From NCBI GenBank assembly GCA_027622665.1, contig JAQBYT010000001.1, positions 434,049 to 498,048 of the forward strand: 64,000 nucleotides of DNA. The letters are read 5' to 3'. Source of the DNA: Verrucomicrobiota bacterium. Lineage in GTDB: Bacteria; Verrucomicrobiota; Verrucomicrobiia; Opitutales; Seribacteraceae. Numbering within the stretch: position 1 is the first letter of the stretch; each line of letters opens with the position of its first letter. Shown in pieces: positions 10,654-17,943 of this stretch. Below the pieces are notes generated by a model, which saw only the letters and a program-made list of their open reading frames with translations, did not search any database and had not been told where the DNA came from. A program made the position numbers and the translations under genes.

Positions 10654-10742
10654 GCTGCATGGATGCGGCCTAATTACTACATAGGTCCCGACCCACAAGG
10701 AGGTAGGTCAAGACTGTTCAACCACACTTTTTCCAGGAGGAA
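10654..10742 (+). promoter_or_regulatory. Leader 1 with three GGA-loop hairpins (putative CsrA/RsmA sites); the last one contains the SD
   Basis: GCTGCA-TGGA-TGCGGC (10654-10669); GACCCAC-AAGGAG-GTAGGTC (10690-10709); TTCC-AGGA-GGAA (10731-10742). Confidence 0.7.
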
Positions 10743-10747
10743 GATTA

Positions 10748-11056
10748 GTGGCGACCGTTACCTTTACTTACTCATATTCTTTTAGTGGAGGTCGTGGGCA
10801 GCATCTACTTCGGCGGATGTCGTACACGGCTCTCCACATAGGCGATTGCCTTGCGGCTCTGCTGCGTACTCGTAGGCCGGGGTCTCCGTCTTGTGGTCCT
10901 CCCGGGCGAGCTTTGCCCGAATCTCTAAGTATTCTTTATAGATGGGTTGCTTGGGGTCCTGTTGCATTTCCTTTACCTCTAAGGGTGGGAATGGACAATT
11001 TGTCGTGTCCTCATGCCGCCCTCGTGTTTTCCCGCAACTTTATGACAACCCATTAA
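10748..11056 (+). CDS. Uncertain 102-aa ORF behind the sigma28 promoter and a strong SD (possible flagellin remnant or spurious)
   Basis: AGGAGG 7 nt before GTG; the translation has no recognisable motif. Confidence 0.3.
   Translation: MATVTFTYSYSFSGGRGQHLLRRMSYTALHIGDCLAALLRTRRPGSPSCGPPGRALPESLSILYRWVAWGPVAFPLPLRVGMDNLSCPHAALVFSRNFMTTH
10782..10967 (-). CDS. Uncertain 61-aa small ORF antisense to the flagellin leader region
   Basis: GAGGT 7 nt upstream of ATG; protein-like N-terminal helix PIYKEYLEIRAKLARED. Confidence 0.35.
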   Translation of the reverse strand: MQQDPKQPIYKEYLEIRAKLAREDHKTETPAYEYAAEPQGNRLCGEPCTTSAEVDAAHDLH

Positions 11057-11088
11057 CTAATATATGAACTCTTAACAGAGCAAGAGCT

Positions 11089-11151
11089 CCGCCAGGATGG
11101 CGGCGCCTACTCGCATTCACCTGCAAACTATTTCCGAGACAAGGAAGTCTC
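11089..11151 (+). promoter_or_regulatory. Leader 2 GGA-loop hairpins (putative CsrA sites)
   Basis: CCGCC-AGGAT-GGCGG (11089-11103); GAGAC-AAGGAA-GTCTC (11136-11151). Confidence 0.7.
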
Positions 11152-11154
11152 CTC

Positions 11155-11325
11155 ATGCAACTTAGCAATTTCGTAACTTTACAGTCGCGAGGGCACCATC
11201 CCCGCAAATCTGTTCGGGTCTTCCCGTCCAGACCCTTAACTGGCTGTGTACCCTGCGGCTTGAAGGGAAGTTCATCTTTGGTATCCGTCTGTCGGAAAAC
11301 TCACAAATCTCTCTTTTCCAAATAA
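11155..11325 (+). pseudogene. 56-aa ORF starting with a flagellin-like N-terminus (truncated paralog or small protein)
   Basis: MQLSNFVTLQSRGHH aligns with MQLTNYGFIESRGNY of the downstream flagellin, then diverges (..PLTGCVPCGLKG..SLFSK*); not in the ORF track (<60 aa). Confidence 0.6.
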
Positions 11326-11376
11326 ACCAACAATAAACCCATAAACTAATCAATGAACCTTACCTGATTTAGGGCT

Positions 11377-11440
11377 CCGCCAGGAGGGCGGCGCCCAATC
11401 ATTTAATTACTAAATGTAAACCCTGAGACAAGGAGGTCTC
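11377..11440 (+). promoter_or_regulatory. Leader 3 GGA-loop hairpins (putative CsrA sites) covering the flagellin SD
   Basis: CCGCC-AGGAG-GGCGG (11377-11391); GAGAC-AAGGAG-GTCTC (11425-11440). Confidence 0.75.
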
Positions 11441-11443
11441 GTT

Positions 11444-12922
11444 ATGCAACTAACCAACTATGGATTCATCGAGTCCCGAGGTAACTATATCTCGGCTCGA
11501 GCCAACTACGAACGTCCCATGGAACGCCTTTCCACGGGACTCAAAATCAATCATTCCCGCGATGACGTGGGGGCTTTGGGCAAGTCTGCCCTTCAGCGTA
11601 TCGAAAACACAAAAGTCGGGACTTTGCGCACCAACCTGCAAAACGCCTTGAGTTATACCAAGACTCAAGACGGCGCTTTGGAGAAAGTCGGCCGAATTTA
11701 CGAACGCATGGAGACTTTGGCGCTCAAGGCGATGGACGTTACCTTCGACGATCGGTCCAGAAGTGATTTGAACGATGAATATCAAACGCTGGAGGAGCAA
11801 CTCTCCGGTCTTTTGAAGCAAAAGTTCAACGGCATTTCCCTTTTTACCAAGGCGACCGGATGTACGGAACCCGAGGTGACGGAATTGGAGGCCAGCTTCG
11901 ATGCGGGACTTAATGAAACATTACCCCCAACTATTCCTGCCGTTGGGGTTAAAACGCAGGCAAACCCCGATCGATGGATCGCCACGCAGGATGTCGATAC
12001 TACCGATGGAACCCTTACCTTGGACGTGAATGGAGGAAGAGCTTCCGAAAGGTATATCGTCAAGCAAGGGACGACCACGATCTTTGACACGGGTTGGTGG
12101 GCGACCAATGGTTCCGCTTATACTCATGACTTAGATCGATTTGTAATCGACTTCGGCAAGGGCAAGCCAACCACGTTCGAGTTTGTTCCTCGGGATACAG
12201 GTAATTCTACTACTGACAATACCCCTGACGGAGCTTTCAACAATGAGAGCTTTAACCTTAAAGGCGGCGGTGGCCCTTCTGGCTACTTGTTGCAACTGGG
12301 AGAAGGCTCGACGGCAGGTCTTCTTGGGAAAAAATATACAACAAGCGGTGGACCGGTGACTCAAGGTCAGGTTGCGATAACACCGGCCCCGGGCGACAGT
12401 ACGGAACTGACGATTGAGGTTCAATCCACGAGCTTGTTTCAAGCGGCTGCAGACTTCAAAGGTGTCAAAATAATAGAGCCCGTGGAAGTTCCGGCATTAG
12501 AGGTCGTTGTCAACGAAGCTGGAGATATCGCGCGTTTCGAAGCCTTGGGGTTCAGTCGTCTATCCGGTACCGATATTACTACACGAGATAATGCGCAAGC
12601 AGTGCTTGAGCGTCTTCTCGGAGAGAACGGCGAAGCTACCGAGCACGGAGAAGTTCATTGCTTGGTGAATGGCCAAAGAGGTGAAATCGCCAAGAGTATG
12701 CGTCGTATGGAGTTGGAAATCGAAAGACTCGAAAACAAAACGATCAGCGGTGAAAAAACGCTTGGCCGCATAGAAGATGCCCACATGGCCAAAGAAGCGA
12801 CCAAGTTTGCCAAGCAGTCTCTCAAGATGGAACTGGCCGCAAACATAATGTCTCGTGTAACTAGACTAACAGACGTGCTTTTGCCCTTGGTCACCCAACG
12901 AGTAGGTGGTCCCGGCTTGTAA
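11444..12922 (+). CDS. Flagellin (atypical) with a large uncharacterised central domain
   Basis: ERLSTGLKINHSRDD, NLQNALSYTKTQDGAL, ERMETLA, KFNGISLF; C-terminal GRIEDAHMAKEATKF. Confidence 0.9.
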   Translation: MQLTNYGFIESRGNYISARANYERPMERLSTGLKINHSRDDVGALGKSALQRIENTKVGTLRTNLQNALSYTKTQDGALEKVGRIYERMETLALKAMDVTFDDRSRSDLNDEYQTLEEQLSGLLKQKFNGISLFTKATGCTEPEVTELEASFDAGLNETLPPTIPAVGVKTQANPDRWIATQDVDTTDGTLTLDVNGGRASERYIVKQGTTTIFDTGWWATNGSAYTHDLDRFVIDFGKGKPTTFEFVPRDTGNSTTDNTPDGAFNNESFNLKGGGGPSGYLLQLGEGSTAGLLGKKYTTSGGPVTQGQVAITPAPGDSTELTIEVQSTSLFQAAADFKGVKIIEPVEVPALEVVVNEAGDIARFEALGFSRLSGTDITTRDNAQAVLERLLGENGEATEHGEVHCLVNGQRGEIAKSMRRMELEIERLENKTISGEKTLGRIEDAHMAKEATKFAKQSLKMELAANIMSRVTRLTDVLLPLVTQRVGGPGL

Positions 12923-13144
12923 ATAATATTCAGGAAATAGGAGCCGAAGCAGTATTTCCGGCGAAGTCGTGAGTCGGTTTTGAAATTGTCCGCATATGAG
13001 ATATAGCCAGTCGAACTTAGCTCGCACTGCCCACCAAGCTGCTTGTTAAGCCATACATACTAACCAATAATCTTTAACAAAGAAATCAGTTTATTAGAAA
13101 TAGGTTTAGCGAGGAACGAACCTTCTACCCAAAGGATATGAACG

Positions 13145-14410
13145 ATGATTAGTGACCAAATCAACATGCATATTGCCAGAGAGTTGGGAACTTTGGATCG
13201 TGAGCATCGAGTTCACGTGAAGAAGCTTTCAACTGGCAAGCGCATACTTGCGCCCGGAGACGATGCGGGTGGCTACTCCTTGGCCGTGAAGCATGGAAGT
13301 GCCGCAAGGCGAACCCAAGCGATGCTGACCAATCTGCAAAACGTCCTTTCCTACGCCCAAACCCAAGACGGAGTTTTGACTAGCGTTGGAAAGGTTTACA
13401 AGCGAATGGACGAACTTACCGCTATGGCGATGGATCCGACTAAAACCGATTCCGACCGTGCTTTATATAACAAGGAATTCCAAGAGTTGCGCGACATGGC
13501 AGTTCGGGCGAACGGTGAGGATTTCAACGGACTTCGCCTTTTCCGAGGGAAGCTATATGAGCTTGTTGACAAGGGGATGAAAATCAATTGGACCGACTCG
13601 AAGGCAGAGGTCGATGCACTGGACGCCGGAGATGCAAACAACACCTATTACTTGGCAACCATTACCTCTGAAACCGAGCAAGCGGAGGTTGGCCTACAGA
13701 TCGGAGACGTCGGCATCAATGCTTGGCTCGGAGGAAATGATACTGCTGTTGAAGGGGAATGGAGGTGGACCGAAGGTCCCGAAGGCTTGGAGGATGGAGG
13801 CCAAGGCAGGCAGTTTTGGCAGGGCCAATCCAATGGCTCTGGCGTAAACGGTTCCTTTGAAAATTGGGGCGGCCGAGAACCAAATGATTCTGGGAACGAG
13901 GACTACCTTCAAATTAGCCAAGCTTCTAACCCCGTTGCCTCTTGGAACGATTTGCCTGATACGAATACAGCGGGATCAACATATCAACCGAACGGTTATG
14001 TCTTGGAGGTTGACCAAGGAGACCTGAAGGTCGGGAAGGATCGAAACGGAGATACCTTTGAGCTCAAGAACGTTGATTTCCAAAAGTATCTAAGTGAGAC
14101 GGTATTATCTATCGATACCATGGCGAATGCTCAGGCTGCCACAGTTGCGATGAAGGGAGTTATAGAAAACATAGCCACCGCCAGAGCAATTGTGGGAGCA
14201 AACTTGTCTAGGGTTTCCGGAGAGATAGAAAACCTTCGCAGGCTTGGAAATTCGTATGAGTCAGCTCTTTCTAGGGTGGAGGACCTTGACATGGCTTTGG
14301 AAAGTGGTCGTATGTCAAGAAAAGCGGTCAAGCTGCAGAGTTCCTCCGCATATCTTGCTCAGGCAAATCAAATTATGAACCCCAATCTGATTCAGGTCTT
14401 GCTCGAATAA
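13145..14410 (+). CDS. Flagellin with a C-type lectin domain replacing the D2/D3 region
   Basis: N-terminal KLSTGKRILAPGDDAGG...FNGLRLF; C-terminal RAIVGANLSR, SRVEDLDMALE, LAQANQ; insert YLATITS, WLGGND, EGEWRW, NWGGREPND, EDY, WNDLP, GYVLE. Confidence 0.92.
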   Translation: MISDQINMHIARELGTLDREHRVHVKKLSTGKRILAPGDDAGGYSLAVKHGSAARRTQAMLTNLQNVLSYAQTQDGVLTSVGKVYKRMDELTAMAMDPTKTDSDRALYNKEFQELRDMAVRANGEDFNGLRLFRGKLYELVDKGMKINWTDSKAEVDALDAGDANNTYYLATITSETEQAEVGLQIGDVGINAWLGGNDTAVEGEWRWTEGPEGLEDGGQGRQFWQGQSNGSGVNGSFENWGGREPNDSGNEDYLQISQASNPVASWNDLPDTNTAGSTYQPNGYVLEVDQGDLKVGKDRNGDTFELKNVDFQKYLSETVLSIDTMANAQAATVAMKGVIENIATARAIVGANLSRVSGEIENLRRLGNSYESALSRVEDLDMALESGRMSRKAVKLQSSSAYLAQANQIMNPNLIQVLLE

Positions 14411-14502
14411 CAACAATTTCATTGGTTTTACGGGAATGGCAATAGCCCAAGGAAGGCCAAACTGGCAAATCCCGTAGTCCTAACGAACAGGAATCGTAAC
14501 TT

Positions 14503-15765
14503 TCAATCGGGTCCATTCTTTTTCCCATTAACCGCGACAAGCAACCCTTTTGCATCTTGCCATCTTGCCATCTGGAAATCATAGCGGTTTTGTAAAATTA
14601 AGACTTCCTGCTCTCTCTTTTCCAGCAATTGAAAGCGAGGATTCAATTTGCTTTTGGAAGAGGCGGCCTTGGCAATTGTCACAAGTCTGGCCCGTACTTC
14701 GTTTCTACTTTTTAAGGTTTCAGAATAACCGTCCTTTAGGGAAGTAATGACCACAGTCAGCTCCGTTCCCAATTTTTGCATCGCTTGTGCAATCTGGTGA
14801 TCCAGTTCTTCTCGGATGGCTTTGTTTTTTGCTTTTGGCGAATTTCGAAACTCCCTCAACTGCTTGATGGTGTCGGAGAAATCGGCAAGATTCCCCTTGT
14901 TGGAAAGGATTGCTAAAGCCGCCAGATCTTCTGAGGAAGCACCTTTTTCACGGGCTTCTTTTAAGGTCGAAAACACATCGACATGCTCGGCTAGCTCTTT
15001 TTCGCACTGATCTCGCTCTGCACGAAGTGAGATTTCTTCCACTGTTGCAATGGGCTTTGCCGACTGTCTCTGCTGGATCTGTCGCCGAAGCTCCTCGATT
15101 TCCTTTTCTTTTCGCTGGAGGGAGAACGCCAATTCGGTGACTACCGGCAATAAGTGAGCCTGTGCAGATTCTTTCTCAAGGATTTGGGCATGTGCTCGAA
15201 AAATGAGTTGACTCAATAACTTTGCCGCTTCGGGAGTTTTGCCGCGACTCGAAATCTCTATGATCTCCGAACCATTTGAATCCTTTTGGGCTATTGAAAA
15301 AAGTGATCTGGTAAGTGCATCGTTTCCCAGGGCGATGGATTGATTCGAGAAGGGACCCAGTATCATCTTCTGGGCGTTAGCACTGGATTCAATCATTTGG
15401 GTGAGGTGCTGCAGGAAAAGCTTTCCGTCTAGTACCCGCCGATGCATGTCCAATGCCTCCTGAGGAGTCACGCCCTTTTTCCCCGAAGTTTTTTTTGCAC
15501 GATATAGAAGTTTTGCGGTCGACATCTCTTGTCGCAGCAAGAGCGTCGAGGGACGCCGTTTGTCGGGATAAAGGTTTTTTTTTGTCAAAATGTCTTCACC
15601 GTAAGCAGAATTGGAGCGATTCTCGTCGTTACTTAAATTAAGCGAACCACTAGTCTGGCGGACGCTTTGAGTTATCTTTTCGTTTTCTGATTTCGTTTGG
15701 ACCATCCCAGCCCAGAAGAGCAGCACAGTTATCAAAATGAAAGCAAAGCTTAGGGCAGTTTTCAC
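14503..15765 (-). CDS. Membrane-anchored coiled-coil protein resembling the periplasmic part of Wzz/GumC polysaccharide co-polymerases
   Basis: N-terminal TM segment; SEIIEISSRGKTPEAAKLL motif followed by long coiled coils; no C-terminal TM or kinase. Confidence 0.55.
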   Translation of the reverse strand: MKTALSFAFILITVLLFWAGMVQTKSENEKITQSVRQTSGSLNLSNDENRSNSAYGEDILTKKNLYPDKRRPSTLLLRQEMSTAKLLYRAKKTSGKKGVTPQEALDMHRRVLDGKLFLQHLTQMIESSANAQKMILGPFSNQSIALGNDALTRSLFSIAQKDSNGSEIIEISSRGKTPEAAKLLSQLIFRAHAQILEKESAQAHLLPVVTELAFSLQRKEKEIEELRRQIQQRQSAKPIATVEEISLRAERDQCEKELAEHVDVFSTLKEAREKGASSEDLAALAILSNKGNLADFSDTIKQLREFRNSPKAKNKAIREELDHQIAQAMQKLGTELTVVITSLKDGYSETLKSRNEVRARLVTIAKAASSKSKLNPRFQLLEKREQEVLILQNRYDFQMARWQDAKGLLVAVNGKKNGPD

Positions 15766-15983
15766 AAAATCAGATTACTTCGAGAAGTGACTTTTCGCCA
15801 AGTAGATTTTTCCTGCATGTCGGGAACCGAGTTAGGACGAGTTACCTCAACAGCGCGAACCATGTAACATGGCAATTCGGGGGGGGCGGAATTTTGAGGT
15901 TTTAGCATAAGAAATAAACAATATTGTATGATTGACTCCCTCGAGGGTGTTGGGAGTAAATGGAGATTGCTGTTTAAAAGTAC

Positions 15984-16520
15984 ATGCTGATGAGTGATAC
16001 CGTATCGGTCGAGTTTTCTCAACAACTTACGCAAATCCAGCGTAAGCTGTACTCATACATACTCTCGCTTGTCCCTAATAGGACTGAAGCCCAAGACATA
16101 TTGCAGGAGTCCAATTTCGTTCTTTGTCGCAAGGCCGAGGAATATGACAAGGACCGGAATTTTCAGGCGTGGGCATTCCGAATTGCCCGCTATCAGGTCA
16201 TGGCATTTTTAAAAACGCGGAAGAGAAGCAAGTTGATTTTTTCCGAAAATATAGTGGAACTTTTGGCGGAAGAATTGGAAGATAACTCTCGATTTGATAA
16301 AATGAGAAAGGCTTTATCTTATTGCCTTGATGAATTAGGTGAAAGGAGCCGTGCGGTTGCCCGTCTTCGATTCGAGAAAAACTGCTCCCTTCTGGAAATT
16401 GCAGAAAAATTAGGGAGGCCGATGGGCACGGTTTCGGCTACTCTTTACAGGGTTCGTGTTGCGCTTGCCCAATGCGTACGCAATAAAGTGGCTGAGGAAG
16501 AGGCTGCGGAACTTTCATAA
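15984..16520 (+). CDS. ECF sigma-70 factor (Rhodopirellula/Verrucomicrobium type)
   Basis: LYSYILSLVP, AQDILQE, NFQAWAFRIARYQV, region-4 HTH EIAEKLGRPMGTVSATLYRVR. Confidence 0.92.
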   Translation: MLMSDTVSVEFSQQLTQIQRKLYSYILSLVPNRTEAQDILQESNFVLCRKAEEYDKDRNFQAWAFRIARYQVMAFLKTRKRSKLIFSENIVELLAEELEDNSRFDKMRKALSYCLDELGERSRAVARLRFEKNCSLLEIAEKLGRPMGTVSATLYRVRVALAQCVRNKVAEEEAAELS

Positions 16521-16667
16521 GAAAAATAATAGATTCCAAGAGGCACGCCAACAACGCCTTAGGGCTTCTTGTCCGCTAAAGTTTTAAAAAAATGCAAGAT
16601 TTGGCGACTTTTGGCTAATTATACAATGAAGGACGCTATGTTCGGATAACCCTTATAGTCATTATTT

Positions 16668-17825
16668 ATGTCAAATACCTCTAACGCTTTTCAGGATTTG
16701 GATCGTATGGTCAGCCAGCTATTCGACGAGTCTTTGTCTCCGGCAGATAAGGAAATCCTTGAGAATGTAATTCGGGAGAATCCGGAAGCTCGTCGGCGTT
16801 ATGCGGATCTCGTGACCTTGGAATCAATGCTCCATTGGGAATTCGCTGGAGTTGAATCTGATGTTAATACCTTGCGTGATACTATAATGGTCGATTTCTC
16901 TGCATGGTGGCGTCCGGCAATGGCTCTTGCCGCGTGTTTCGTCGCAACTCTGATTGGTTGGTGGGTCATCGATACAGGTGTTCCTGTAGTGGATACTGAG
17001 CATGAAATAGTATCTCTACCGCTGTCGCATTCTAGCGTCATTACCGAGACTATCAAATCTCCCGAGGGTCGACAATCTTCTTTGGACATGGGCAACCTCG
17101 TTGTTACCAATGAACCAAATACAATTGTATTTGGTTCCGAAAGTAGCAAAGTGCTGATCTCGTCCATCAAACCGTCTTCGACTGTGAACTTGGCCCGACA
17201 GGATCGAGAAGCTTTACTTGATGCAGCCTATGGCCTTGAAATTTTGGAGAGCGGACAAGGTTTTGGTGAAGGTGGTTATGTAGAAGTTAAGGAAAATGTT
17301 AGCGCATGGCGGACCGAGGATGCCTTGAGGGTGGGTGCAGAATTCGGAGTCCAACCCTATCAAGGTGGTAATATGCTCCGGTTTTCTCGAATGGAAGTGG
17401 ATGTGTTTGGAAAAAAAGCCGAGGTGTCCGAACTGGTCAGCGTGCTCGATGTCCGCTCGCATGGAGCAAATTTTTTGAATGGTAAGGCTGTCGTGAAATC
17501 TTCCGTTTGTTTCAATCAAGGGGTCGGCATTGCCGATGGAAGTACGTCTTTTGCTCTTGGTCTTCATGCGATCAATCGTGAAGGTCGGGTTAGCGTTGCT
17601 ATCGCCAAGAAAGAAACGAGCGTTACGAGTGATGTGAATCCCGAAACATGGGAGCGGGTCGAAAGTGAGATTGAACTGCCAGAAGGAACCCATTTTGTTG
17701 TAGTTTCGCTTTCTGCTCACAAAGAGGGCTCTCAGGCCCTGCTGCCTGATTTGAGTGGGCACTATGCCGATGGATTGGAAATTGCCATGGTGGTGGATGG
17801 TCGCCCCGTCTACAGTCGCCTCTAG
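16668..17825 (+). CDS. Putative anti-sigma factor with a periplasmic beta-sandwich domain
   Basis: N-terminal LENVIRENPEARRRY motif, one TM segment (ALAACFVATLIGWW), directly follows the ECF sigma. Confidence 0.75.
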   Translation: MSNTSNAFQDLDRMVSQLFDESLSPADKEILENVIRENPEARRRYADLVTLESMLHWEFAGVESDVNTLRDTIMVDFSAWWRPAMALAACFVATLIGWWVIDTGVPVVDTEHEIVSLPLSHSSVITETIKSPEGRQSSLDMGNLVVTNEPNTIVFGSESSKVLISSIKPSSTVNLARQDREALLDAAYGLEILESGQGFGEGGYVEVKENVSAWRTEDALRVGAEFGVQPYQGGNMLRFSRMEVDVFGKKAEVSELVSVLDVRSHGANFLNGKAVVKSSVCFNQGVGIADGSTSFALGLHAINREGRVSVAIAKKETSVTSDVNPETWERVESEIELPEGTHFVVVSLSAHKEGSQALLPDLSGHYADGLEIAMVVDGRPVYSRL

Positions 17826-17943
17826 TCAATATTTGCTTAGGGGGGCGGCGAGGATCTCTTTCCGCACTGTCATCTTCCCCGGGAACAGGCTTTGGTCTTT
17901 GTTAGGCGTTGACGATGCTGTAGTTTAGAGAAAGGAATGGCTG

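Larger units (their letters stand above)
11047..11488 (+). repeat. Diverged direct repeat (period about 289 bp) of the flagellin leader plus its first 15 codons
   Basis: Copy A about 11047-11199, copy B about 11336-11488: aacccat.aactaat...ctccgccagga.ggcggcgcc...gagacaagga.gtctc...ATGCAACT. Confidence 0.85.

Noticed and set aside
10654..11443. CRISPR array or REP elements
   Set aside because: The repeats are imperfect, unevenly spaced and tied to SD/start codons; no cas genes
13050..13090. Weak similarity to the AT-rich start of flagellin leaders 2 and 3 as a second sigma28 promoter
   Set aside because: No GCCGAT -10 element at the correct spacing; the similarity is low-complexity
13544..14011. 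Lectin domain as a diversity-generating retroelement target
   Set aside because: No reverse transcriptase or template repeat in the window
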